From: Candidatus Saccharimonadia bacterium
GTDB taxonomy: Bacteria; Patescibacteriota; Saccharimonadia; UBA4664
Direction of reading: 5' to 3'
NCBI GenBank assembly: GCA_035544015.1
Contig: DATKIP010000076.1
Location: 256,299 to 320,298, forward strand
Length of the DNA stretch: 64,000 bases
Below, piece by piece: positions 56,113-64,000 of this stretch. Position 1 is the first letter of the stretch, and each line of letters starts with the position of its first letter. Position numbers and translations under genes: made by a program. A model generated the notes under the pieces. That model did no database searches. It was not told the DNA's origin and saw nothing but the letters and a program-made list of their open reading frames with translations.

Positions 56113-57654
56113 CTAGGAATCTTGGCCGCCCTTCTCGGCCACCACGCGCAAAATTCCCGCCCCGTACGTCTCCACCTTCTTCGCGCCAAATCCCGGCACT
56201 CGCAGCAGCTCCTGCTCGCTGGCCGGCTTGCGTGCCGCCAGCTCCGCCAACGTCTTGTCGTGCGCGATGATGTACGCCGGCATGCCCAGCTCCCGTGCCT
56301 GCTCAGCCCGCCACGCCCGCAGCGCCTCAAACAGCCCCGGGTCGGCCGCCGTCGCCATCACATCTTTCACCTCGTCGGGCTTCCAGGCCGCAATCTGAGT
56401 CGCAAACTCGGTCCGCGCCCGCTCGCTGGCGGTCCGCAAATCCGCGTCGATCTGCTTCGCCAGCGGGCTCACCCGCAGCGCCATGCCGTTGAGGCCGTCG
56501 AGCCGCAAATGCTCCAGGCTGCGTACCCGCGACAGCGCCACGTACCCCATGCCCTCAACAAACGCCCGACTCAAATCAATCCGCGCCGCATCCAGCGTCA
56601 TGCCCTGGCTTTTGTGCACCGTAATCGCCCACGCCAGCCGCAGCGGCAGCTGCTCCAGGCTGGCCCGCCGTTTGTCGCCGTCCATGAGCTCCCAGGTTTC
56701 CGGTCGCACCGTCAGTGTCCGCCCCGACACGAGCTCCACCACCGGATAATCCATGCGCTCTTCAAAACCCACCACCGTGCCCAGCGACCCATTCGCAAAC
56801 GACCGGTCCTGCGCATTCTTAATGAACATCACCCGCGCCGCCAATTTGAGCTCCAGTATCGCCGGCGCCAGGCACGACCGTTGCAGCTGCTCCACGTAAT
56901 TTTTGCCCCCGTGCGTCCCCATGTCGTAGCGGTGCACCTCGCCCGCCAGGCCGCGCAGCTCGGCCGCGTTCACGCTGTCCACATCCACATTCACCGTCAG
57001 TAGCCGTGTCTGCTCGGCGGCCGCGTCGTGGCTGCCGTCGCGCGCCCGCAACGTATCGAGCTGTCCGCGTGTGAGCACGCCGGCCCGGATCCCGTTCAAA
57101 ATGGCCGTGTACGCCTCGTCTTCAGTTTGCCGATATTGTTTTTCCAGATAGCACACCGCAAACCCGGCCCGCTGCCACGCCTCCGACAAAATCACAAATC
57201 CGCCCTCCCGACCATCGCGCCGATTCACCGGCGGCAACTGGAAAAAGTCCCCACACAAAATCACCTGCAACCCCCCGAACGGCGCCTCGCTTTCGCGCAC
57301 CGTCCGCAGCGCCTCATCCACCATATCCAGCCGAAAATCGTGCAGCATACTAATCTCGTCGATCACAAGCACGTCCGCCCGCCGCATCAAATCCTGCCGC
57401 GACTGCGCCAATTTGCCCGCCATGTGCCGGTCAAAATAATCATGCACCCCAATGCCCGACCACGCGTGAATCGTGGTGCCGTGCAAATGCGTCGCCGCCA
57501 GCCCCGTGGTCGCCGTCACCGCCACGCTCAATCCTCGCCGCTTGGCGCGCCGAATAAACTCGTTGAGCACATACGTCTTGCCCGTACCCGCCGCGCCCGT
57601 CAGCAGCGCCGATTGCCCAGACTCCAAAATCGCCAACGCCTCACTCTGTGTCAT
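56113..57654 (-). CDS. PIF1-family DNA helicase with C-terminal HRDC domain
   Basis: GAAGTGKT, DEISM, PFGG.Q....GDFFQLPPV, AITVHKSQG.TLD, YVALSR. HRDC: LRAWR...A.....PAY.I..D.TL. Confidence 0.93.
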   Translation of the reverse strand: MTQSEALAILESGQSALLTGAAGTGKTYVLNEFIRRAKRRGLSVAVTATTGLAATHLHGTTIHAWSGIGVHDYFDRHMAGKLAQSRQDLMRRADVLVIDEISMLHDFRLDMVDEALRTVRESEAPFGGLQVILCGDFFQLPPVNRRDGREGGFVILSEAWQRAGFAVCYLEKQYRQTEDEAYTAILNGIRAGVLTRGQLDTLRARDGSHDAAAEQTRLLTVNVDVDSVNAAELRGLAGEVHRYDMGTHGGKNYVEQLQRSCLAPAILELKLAARVMFIKNAQDRSFANGSLGTVVGFEERMDYPVVELVSGRTLTVRPETWELMDGDKRRASLEQLPLRLAWAITVHKSQGMTLDAARIDLSRAFVEGMGYVALSRVRSLEHLRLDGLNGMALRVSPLAKQIDADLRTASERARTEFATQIAAWKPDEVKDVMATAADPGLFEALRAWRAEQARELGMPAYIIAHDKTLAELAARKPASEQELLRVPGFGAKKVETYGAGILRVVAEKGGQDS

Positions 57655-57716
57655 GAGCACCATTGTAGCACGCTAGTTCGGCTTTTGTTCACATACAATG
57701 CGAGTATAATACCCTC

Positions 57717-58187
57717 ATGAACATCATCGCTCTCGTCATCGATTTCTCGCGAGTCCTCATTTTCACCAAAACCGCCGACGTGGCGAGCCTCAACCGCCAC
57801 CACGCCGAGCTCGAAGCGACGCCCGGCTACCGGGTAGGGGAGCATTTTTACCTCAACATCGAGCTGCTCGAGTACCTTCGTGGGCTGTCAGCCTACGTGC
57901 CGACCTACCTCTTCACGAGCGGCGGCCTTCACGCCCTGCCCGAGTTTGCGCCGGCACTCGAAGGCATTTTTCGCGACATCATCACCACCGACGAAATCGG
58001 CTACGGCAAAACCAAACCCGAAGCCTACCTCGCCCTAGCTTACCGTCTGAGCTACACGCCGAGTCAGATTCTCTTCATCGACGACAGCCCGGCCAACATC
58101 CAAGCTGCCAAAACCGCCGGCTTCGTCGCCGTCCAATACCAGTCAAACGCGGCCACCATCAAATTGCTCGACAGCGCCCGACGCTGA
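57717..58187 (+). CDS. HAD-family hydrolase
   Basis: IDFSRVL (degenerate motif I), K.KPEAY, LFIDDS..NI.AA. Confidence 0.8.
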   Translation: MNIIALVIDFSRVLIFTKTADVASLNRHHAELEATPGYRVGEHFYLNIELLEYLRGLSAYVPTYLFTSGGLHALPEFAPALEGIFRDIITTDEIGYGKTKPEAYLALAYRLSYTPSQILFIDDSPANIQAAKTAGFVAVQYQSNAATIKLLDSARR

Positions 58188-58189
58188 AA

Positions 58190-58218
58190 TTGACAGAATG
58201 AGGTCAAAAAGTTATAAT
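58190..58218 (+). promoter_or_regulatory. Perfect sigma70 consensus promoter TTGACA-17-TATAAT
   Basis: TTGACA 58190-58195 and TATAAT 58213-58218. Confidence 0.8.
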
Positions 58219-58284
58219 ATGCCTCGGTTCAACCCCGAACATTGAGTACTCACATACCTATCCGTTCTAGCGAAAGGTCATGCC

Positions 58285-59073
58285 ATGATCGACGCTCGTC
58301 GTACCACCCCACCCGTCCCCGCCGCCATGATGCGGCACCTCGTGCTCACCCCCGACCAGATGCAGTGGGAATTCCCCTGCAGCATCATCCTGGTTGTTGC
58401 CAGCGGTGGCGCCCACGAGGTTCGTTTGAGCCTCTACGCCCCCGGGCTCAAGCACGAGGCCAGTCTGCGCCAGACGGTCGCCGACAAGCTCGGCAACCTC
58501 ATCCTGGGCCTCAACCCGGAGTGGGTCTACGAGGTGAAGCTGGAAGGCGTCGAGGTCGTCGTCGCGATCGACAACCCCGCCTTCCTCGGGGACGAGACCA
58601 TCGACCTCATCCTGGGCCCGGTAGTCCTCATCCTCCGGGCCCTCGCCATCTGCGAGGGCCGGCCGCTGTTCACGGTCCGCAACCACCAGCGGCTCGTGCC
58701 GGTGGACTGCGGTGTCGGCAACGACTACAAGGTCCCCACCTTCGAGCTCAAGCTCCCGCTGGAGATCGAGCTCGCCGGCGCCCAGGACGACCTCACCAAG
58801 GTCGCTAAGCGGTGCCCGGGCGCCGTGGCCCTCGACACCCTGGTCCTGGGCGGGGCCCGCAAGCTCGTGGTCACGTTCGACGCCATGAAGCCTCGCCCGT
58901 CCGAGCAGGACCTGCGGCGCCTGGTCGTGAGCTTGCTCGCCAGCATCGCCGAGAAGGCCAGCACGCAACACCCCAACCTGGTGCTCCAGCCGGCCCGCCC
59001 CTACACCGTCGAGATCGACGACGGCGGCCCCAGCCGTTTCGACGAGCGCCAGATGTTCGGCCAGGAGTTCTGA
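58285..59073 (+). CDS. Orphan cytosolic hypothetical protein
   Basis: Own promoter, SD AAAGG, almost exclusively G/C-ending codons, own terminator. Confidence 0.8.
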   Translation: MIDARRTTPPVPAAMMRHLVLTPDQMQWEFPCSIILVVASGGAHEVRLSLYAPGLKHEASLRQTVADKLGNLILGLNPEWVYEVKLEGVEVVVAIDNPAFLGDETIDLILGPVVLILRALAICEGRPLFTVRNHQRLVPVDCGVGNDYKVPTFELKLPLEIELAGAQDDLTKVAKRCPGAVALDTLVLGGARKLVVTFDAMKPRPSEQDLRRLVVSLLASIAEKASTQHPNLVLQPARPYTVEIDDGGPSRFDERQMFGQEF

Positions 59074-59079
59074 ACCACC

Positions 59080-59121
59080 CCGTCCCGGCGCCGCGACCCT
59101 TCGCGGCGCCGGGACGGTTTT
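59080..59121 (+). terminator. Intrinsic terminator
   Basis: 17-bp perfect stem CCGTCCCGGCGCCGCGA/TCGCGGCGCCGGGACGG followed by TTTT. Confidence 0.8.
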
Positions 59122-59153
59122 GCGTTTAGAGCAATTAAGTATATATTCCTAAG

Positions 59154-59777
59154 ATGAAAGCCATCATCTTTGATTTTGACGGAACGATTGCCGATAGCTT
59201 CGATATGTTTATAGAAGTGATGATGGTGCTGTTACGGCGCACACAACCACTAACGGCAGCCCAAATCGAAGACCTGCGCCAATCCTCCACCCGAGAGGTT
59301 ATTAAAAAGCTCGGCATCAAACCCTGGCAGATACCACGACTCATGCTGAAGGGACGACGTGAAATGAGCGCCAGAATGGAGCGGGTGCAGGCCTTCGATG
59401 GCCTCCCGGAGGCTCTTCGGGAGCTATCGTCGCAATACTCCCTGTATATTCTCAGTACCAATAGTGAAGAAAACATTGCTACCTTCCTGAAGAAATATCA
59501 GCTAGGTAATAATATCGACCGGATTTATGGCAATATCGGCTTAATGGGTAAGGCCAAGGGTCTGAAAAAATTACCCCAACAAGCGTCGCTCGATAGAGCC
59601 GACTGTGTCTACGTAGGGGACGAAACTCGCGACATCGAAGCCGCGCGCCAGGCCGGCATGAGCTGCATTGCCGTTGGGTGGGGCTATAACGGCGCAGAGG
59701 CGTTGCGGTCTTTTGCGCCGGACGCCCTGGCCGAAACACCTGGAGCGCTGCTCGAAATTATTCGGGGATTGAAATGA
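59154..59777 (+). CDS. HAD phosphatase (phosphoglycolate phosphatase-like)
   Basis: FDFDGTIADS, LSTN, YVGDETRDIEAA, WGYN. Confidence 0.9.
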   Translation: MKAIIFDFDGTIADSFDMFIEVMMVLLRRTQPLTAAQIEDLRQSSTREVIKKLGIKPWQIPRLMLKGRREMSARMERVQAFDGLPEALRELSSQYSLYILSTNSEENIATFLKKYQLGNNIDRIYGNIGLMGKAKGLKKLPQQASLDRADCVYVGDETRDIEAARQAGMSCIAVGWGYNGAEALRSFAPDALAETPGALLEIIRGLK

Positions 59778-60385
59778 CCACACCCGCCCAAATCGCCGCC
59801 GCCGAGGCCGAGCTCCAGCGGCTCGATCCAGTGCTCGGCGCCGTCATCGCCACGCAGGCCCCGCTCAACCGCCTCCGCGCAGGCGCCTATTTCGGCAACC
59901 TCGTTCGCTCCATTGTGAGCCAGCAAATCTCCGTGGCCGCCTCCGCCTCCATCCTCGCCCGCATCCAAGCCGCCACCGACCTCGACCCCGCCCGAGTCAT
60001 CGCGATGAGTCCCGACGACCTCCGCGCGCTCGGCCTCTCGCGCTCCAAAGCCGGCTACATCCACGACCTCGCCGAGCACTTTGTGCGCGACGCCGCCGTC
60101 TTCGACCACCTTGACCAGCTGCCCGACGAAGCCGTAATAGACGAACTCGTGGGCGTCAAAGGCATCGGCGTCTGGACCGCCCAAATGTTCCTCATGTTCA
60201 CCCTCGGCCGTCTCGACGTCTTCGCCCCCGACGACGTCGGCCTCCAGCGCGCCATCGTCCGCCTCTACGGCCTCGCCGCCGTCCCACCCCGCGCCGAGCT
60301 CGACCGCCTCGCCGACGCCTGGCGGCCGTATCGCACGGTGGCGTCTTGGCATTTGTGGGAGTCGCTGCGCAATACGCCGGCGTGA
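59774..60385 (+). CDS. alkA: DNA-3-methyladenine glycosylase II (AlkA/HhH-GPD)
   Basis: SIVSQQIS, GLSRSK, VKGIGVWTA, D..DVG, WRPYRT.A..HLW. Confidence 0.9.
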   Translation: MTTPAQIAAAEAELQRLDPVLGAVIATQAPLNRLRAGAYFGNLVRSIVSQQISVAASASILARIQAATDLDPARVIAMSPDDLRALGLSRSKAGYIHDLAEHFVRDAAVFDHLDQLPDEAVIDELVGVKGIGVWTAQMFLMFTLGRLDVFAPDDVGLQRAIVRLYGLAAVPPRAELDRLADAWRPYRTVASWHLWESLRNTPA

Positions 60386-60393
60386 CCCCCAAA

Positions 60394-60522
60394 CCTGAGT
60401 TTCAAAACTTCCGGAATTTTCCTCGCCCCGACGAGCCCATTCGCATGCATAGGGAAAAAATGACAAAAAATGTCAAAAATCACCGAGCCATCCGAAGTGA
60501 GGCTGGGGTTTTGAGACTCAGG
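60394..60522. repeat. MITE-like 129-bp element with 15-bp terminal inverted repeats, containing copy 3 of the TGACA-N5-TGTCA repeat
   Basis: CCTGAGTTTCAAAAC 60394-60408 and GTTTTGAGACTCAGG 60508-60522 (1 mismatch). Core at 60455-60480. Confidence 0.55.
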
Positions 60523-60533
60523 GTCCCCAAAAC

Positions 60534-60562
60534 TTGCTTTATTTCATAGTATATTATATACT
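60534..60562 (+). promoter_or_regulatory. Sigma70 promoter TTGCTT-17-TATACT
   Basis: AT-rich, upstream of SD-led orphan 60615. Confidence 0.6.
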
Positions 60563-60614
60563 ATGTATTAGTAATTTGCCCTACGAATTACCACCACCCC
60601 GATCAAGGAGTGTC

Positions 60615-61007
60615 ATGAGTACCGTTAGCGACAGCATTGCGGCAGCGAACGCGGCCCAGGAGGTTAGCTCCCAAGAGGCCCTCCTCGCCGACGCCCGCCA
60701 AACGGCCGAGCATCTCAAGAAGGTGCAGAACGAGGTCGCGCGCGCCGGAAGGCCTTGCCAGGTCGACGGCATCCCCGGCGAGCCCGTGGTGGTCTGGAGT
60801 CTCCTCGACTCCGACCTCATGGCTCACGCCACCGGTCTCACGGAAGATGGCATACTGGTCCGGTCGTATCTGAGGTCGACCATCGCAGGTTGGCTCACCG
60901 GCCGCGACACCTGGTCACCCTACCGCGTCCTCGACGTGACAACCCTGCCCTCCGAGGAGCGCATCGCGCTCCATACCCAACTCCAGCGGATCCGCGACCA
61001 CCACTAA
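60615..61007 (+). CDS. Orphan hypothetical protein
   Basis: SD AAGGAG, own promoter and terminator. Confidence 0.75.
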   Translation: MSTVSDSIAAANAAQEVSSQEALLADARQTAEHLKKVQNEVARAGRPCQVDGIPGEPVVVWSLLDSDLMAHATGLTEDGILVRSYLRSTIAGWLTGRDTWSPYRVLDVTTLPSEERIALHTQLQRIRDHH

Positions 61008-61051
61008 CTACCCGCCCACCGATCGCGCCCTTCCTTTTTCAGCCACAAAAG

Positions 61052-61089
61052 GATAGGCCCCCGACCGCAGCGGCCGGCGGGGGCCTATC
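61052..61089. terminator. Hairpin between convergent orphans
   Basis: GATAGGCCCCC/GGGGGCCTATC. Confidence 0.65.
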
Positions 61090-61133
61090 TGTCAGTCGAG
61101 GGCATGAATGGGCCGTTGAACTTCGCCGATCGG

Positions 61134-61421
61134 CTACTCCACTAGAGTACCCAGCCAGGCACAAAAGTTCAAAAACCACAGCTTGGGTCGGGCCCAGATG
61201 GGCACCATCAGGTTCATGATGGTCAAGGCGCCGGGCGTTTCGGGGTTGGCTTCAACGAATGTTGTTGCCGCCTGCCTCAGGCGAGAGTAGCTCAGGCGCC
61301 GGCCGGCGGTGGCGTCCAGCAGCGGCGCTAAATCAGCATCGGGGCCGACCACCAGGCCGACGCAACGGCGCATCCATCGTGCGCTCAGCGTCTTCACCGT
61401 TGCGGGCCTCGCCATGATCAT
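61134..61421 (-). CDS. Small orphan hypothetical protein
   Basis: SD GAGGT, downstream of 61452-61745 on the same strand. Confidence 0.5.
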   Translation of the reverse strand: MIMARPATVKTLSARWMRRCVGLVVGPDADLAPLLDATAGRRLSYSRLRQAATTFVEANPETPGALTIMNLMVPIWARPKLWFLNFCAWLGTLVE

Positions 61422-61451
61422 TACCTCACGTCCTCTCGGGGTGCGATCGTG

Positions 61452-61745
61452 TCAGTCTGAGTGCGGCAATCCCAATTTGTCACGGAGCTCCCAGGATGGG
61501 AGTGCGTGGTCGATCCGGACTCCGGTCGCGTCGGGATTGACCGCCACGCCATAAGACTCGCGGTCCGACGGCCAGTCACGGTGTCGCACGAGCCAGTGGG
61601 TCGGGCAGGGCTCAGAGCCGGATCGGTAGCCCGGCGGGTAGTCGCGAGTGACCTCCACCACGTTCATGCCCGCAGGGGGCGTGGACATGTGGTTGGCAAG
61701 CAGAACCTTGACGTCTTCTGCCTTGACGCCTTCTGCGCCGATCAT
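61452..61745 (-). CDS. Small orphan hypothetical protein
   Basis: SD GGAGG before ATG, G/C-ending codons. Confidence 0.65.
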   Translation of the reverse strand: MIGAEGVKAEDVKVLLANHMSTPPAGMNVVEVTRDYPPGYRSGSEPCPTHWLVRHRDWPSDRESYGVAVNPDATGVRIDHALPSWELRDKLGLPHSD

Positions 61746-61879
61746 AGCTGCCTCCAGAGGCGTAGCTGGACGTGAACCGCGCTACGATACCATCGTTTAC
61801 ATAGAATGTAAATCTCACGATCCGCCAGCATTATATGATAAACCCGTAACCTTTCGCCACCCCCATGCATATACCAAGT

Positions 61880-62398
61880 ATGAAACAGAACGAACCAGAG
61901 CTCATCGCTCACATATTGGACGGCGACGAAGAGGCCTACGGGGCGCTCATCGACCGTTACAAAGAAGGATTGTACCGTCACTGTTTCCGACTCATGCGCG
62001 ACGAGGATGAAGCCGAAGATGTCGCTCACGAAGCGTTCATCGAAGCCTTTGTCCATCTCGACCGCTACGACTCTCGGTTCCGCTTCAGCACCTGGCTCTA
62101 CAAAATCGCCACCAACCTGGCCCTCATGCGCCTGCGCAAGCGCCGCGATGTCCGCCTGGACGACGACGAGCTCGAGCGAGTAGTGAGCGATCTCCCCGGC
62201 GCCGAAGACCTGGCCTTCTACCAGCAACTCCACGACGCCGTCGGCGCTCTGCCTCTGCAATACCGCACCGTGGTCTCCATGCACTACTGGCAGGGCAAAA
62301 CCTACCGCGAGATCGCTCTCCATATGGGCACCTCGGTCGGCTCAGTGAAGGGCTGGATGAGCCGCGCCAAAAAACAACTAAAGGAGGTGCTCTCATGA
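61880..62398 (+). CDS. ECF RNA polymerase sigma factor
   Basis: AEDVAHEAF, FSTWLYKIATN, YREIA..MG.S.GSVK..MSRA. Confidence 0.93.
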   Translation: MKQNEPELIAHILDGDEEAYGALIDRYKEGLYRHCFRLMRDEDEAEDVAHEAFIEAFVHLDRYDSRFRFSTWLYKIATNLALMRLRKRRDVRLDDDELERVVSDLPGAEDLAFYQQLHDAVGALPLQYRTVVSMHYWQGKTYREIALHMGTSVGSVKGWMSRAKKQLKEVLS

Positions 62399-63237
62399 GC
62401 CATCACAACACCCGCACGGCGCCGCTCTCGGAGCCCCGCCGCCCCCTCCGCGCCGACTTTACCGCCCGCATCGTGCGCCACGCCATTACCGCCAAGCGGC
62501 GGGCCGTCTCCAAGCAACAACTCCTAACCTTCTTAAAGGAACCCCTCTCCATGAAATCCGTAACATTCCTCCGCACCGCCCCAGGCGCCGTGCTAGCCTT
62601 GGCCATCATCGCCACCGGCACCACCGGAGCCTACGCGCTGAATAACTGGTTTAACGGCGATGTTACCGTTAAGCAAACCGCCTCGGTTTTCTCGGTCGAT
62701 CTCTCGCAATGCAAGGGCAGCCTGCCTCCAGGCGTCGACAGTCCCGACCGCAGCCACGTGCAGTTTAAGATCTTGGACGACCCGCACATTTCCGCAGACC
62801 AGCTCCAGCATCAACTGCTGGCCGAGTGCGAGTACGACGCCGTGGTGGATTTCTACCGCCAAAACCATGCTACCGCAGCTGCCGATACGCACATCGGCAC
62901 CATCAAGTCGATCGACGGAAGCACGGTCACGTTCGACTACCCCTGGGGCGGTCAGCTAAACCAAAAATCCCTCGCTCTCACCGCCGGCACCACCTTCTAC
63001 CGCCAGGGTAACGCCGTGTCCGCCCAAGACCTACATGCCGGCGATCATGTCGTCTTCGTCACTGCCAGCCCCGGCTACGTCCAAGAGGGGACCGACCCCC
63101 TGGCCGGTGCGAGCGAGGTCATGAGCGTCTTCAAAACTCAGTCCGACCCCGCCGACGCTCCCGATTCCACCAAAAAAGGCTTCTACGACGACAACCACAT
63201 CATGCCGCTGGACCTGTACAACCAGATCCACAAATAG
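62395..63237 (+). CDS. Putative single-TM anti-sigma factor with extracellular domain
   Basis: ATGA overlap with the ECF gene, short cytosolic N-terminus (DFTARIV), TM segment, OB-like C-domain (DLHAGDHV). Confidence 0.7.
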   Translation: MSHHNTRTAPLSEPRRPLRADFTARIVRHAITAKRRAVSKQQLLTFLKEPLSMKSVTFLRTAPGAVLALAIIATGTTGAYALNNWFNGDVTVKQTASVFSVDLSQCKGSLPPGVDSPDRSHVQFKILDDPHISADQLQHQLLAECEYDAVVDFYRQNHATAAADTHIGTIKSIDGSTVTFDYPWGGQLNQKSLALTAGTTFYRQGNAVSAQDLHAGDHVVFVTASPGYVQEGTDPLAGASEVMSVFKTQSDPADAPDSTKKGFYDDNHIMPLDLYNQIHK

Positions 63238-63268
63238 CCAGTTCCCTGCTACCCAAAAAAACAGAAAG

Positions 63269-63324
63269 CCCCATCCGGGAGACTCTCCGCCGCGCGAGCG
63301 CAGACTTCGAGTTCCCGGATGGGG
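63269..63324. terminator. Long hairpin between convergent genes
   Basis: CCCCATCCGGGA/TCCCGGATGGGG with an A-tract on the left (T-tract on the minus strand). Confidence 0.7.
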
Positions 63325-63359
63325 GCACCTCCTTGTCGAAGGGATGAGGGGACGTTCAC

Positions 63360-63983
63360 TTACACGAAACGGCTGAGGACGCCGCTAGCCCCCAGAAGCA
63401 ACACCAGGGCGACGCCGCAAGCGAGCGCTCGGGCTCGACTCATGACCGAGGGGTCCTGCCAGGCGTCAGGGTCCCTCGGCCTCATGATTCGCCAAGCGGC
63501 GATGATGACAAGTGCCGCGAGGACGGGCCGTACTACTATGGTGGGAAGGTGGGCATGTGCCGCCACCGTGCCGAAACCGTAGACGGCGGCGACGCAAACG
63601 GCCGCAGCCATGAGCGCACCGTCGCGCTCATTCAAGCCATCGCAGACGGCCGTTAGCGCCCTGTCGCCGTCCGACCGCCCGAACGGGATGAGGTTGAAGG
63701 CACCTACCGCCAGGTTCATCCCGGCAAAGAGCTTGCCGTTGGCATCGCCCGCATGGCCGGCCTGCCACGCCAATCCGCCTATCGCGAGCCCGAAGCTCGT
63801 GAGCGAACCCGAGAAAAACAGCACAAACTGCTCCCAGTCGGACCGGTACTCAATCCGTTCCGGGTCGAGAGGCACGGTAACAGCCCCAAAGCCGGCGAAA
63901 TAGATCACCGCCCGGGAGCCGATCCAGCGGTAGGCCAGCCAATGAGCCAGCTCATGAGCTATAGCCCTCTCAAAACAAAACCG
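63360..63983 (-). pseudogene. Site-2 protease (M50 family), 5'-truncated or frameshifted
   Basis: In-frame extension of the 63360-63908 ORF gives IAHELAHW (HExxH), plus FNLIPF..SDG. An in-frame TGA at 63984-63986 precedes it with no ATG/GTG/TTG start before HExxH. Confidence 0.65.
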
Positions 63984-64000
63984 TCATAAACCATATTTAA

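Noticed and set aside
33557-60480. CRISPR array from the 36-bp repeats
   Set aside because: Copies are 10-16 kb apart with no spacer periodicity and no cas genes.
48661-63324. Integron attC sites after orphan genes
   Set aside because: The hairpins lack RYYYAAC/GTTRRRY ends and look like intrinsic terminators. There is no integrase and the cassettes are not arrayed.
63955-64000. Type II CRISPR repeat or tracrRNA-like sequence (GTTTTGAGAG...)
   Set aside because: Single short resemblance at the window edge, with no second copy and no cas gene.

Overview
GC-rich bacterial chromosomal window using the standard code (TGA is a stop). It is most likely from a Patescibacteria/CPR genome, probably Saccharibacteria. 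That is inferred from gene content and the MARLPxPGGD N-terminal motif, not from a marker gene. Layout: (1) 1-15.9 kb is a surface-glycan locus: DUF1616-like gene, GT2-GT4 fusion, split GT4, GT4, DUF2206-like polytopic protein and a flippase, followed directly by at least four tandem paralogues sharing a conserved N-terminal tag (the three complete ones are tailspike-like beta-helix proteins), with a divergent GH5-like hydrolase. (2) 16-36 kb holds stress/redox and central-metabolism genes (ocd, truncated globin, FMN reductase, gnd, ApbE flavinylation pair, YcnI, pgi, subtilase) and several structured intergenic elements. (3) 36-53 kb is a de novo purine cluster (purL | purN purM purB ... purE purC purH ... 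purA) with animal-type PurL and PurC, no purF/purD/purK in the window, and an insertion of an alarmone hydrolase, a decapitated PRTase and an esterase. (4) 48-64 kb has housekeeping genes interleaved with self-contained orphan cassettes (SD-led leader, G/C-ending codons, and mostly a near-consensus promoter and long terminator), in contrast to many apparently leaderless core genes. A 36-bp TGACA-N5-TGTCA repeat occurs three times. No rRNA, tRNA, CRISPR array, integrase or transposase was recognised. All family assignments come from motif recognition by eye, not database searches.
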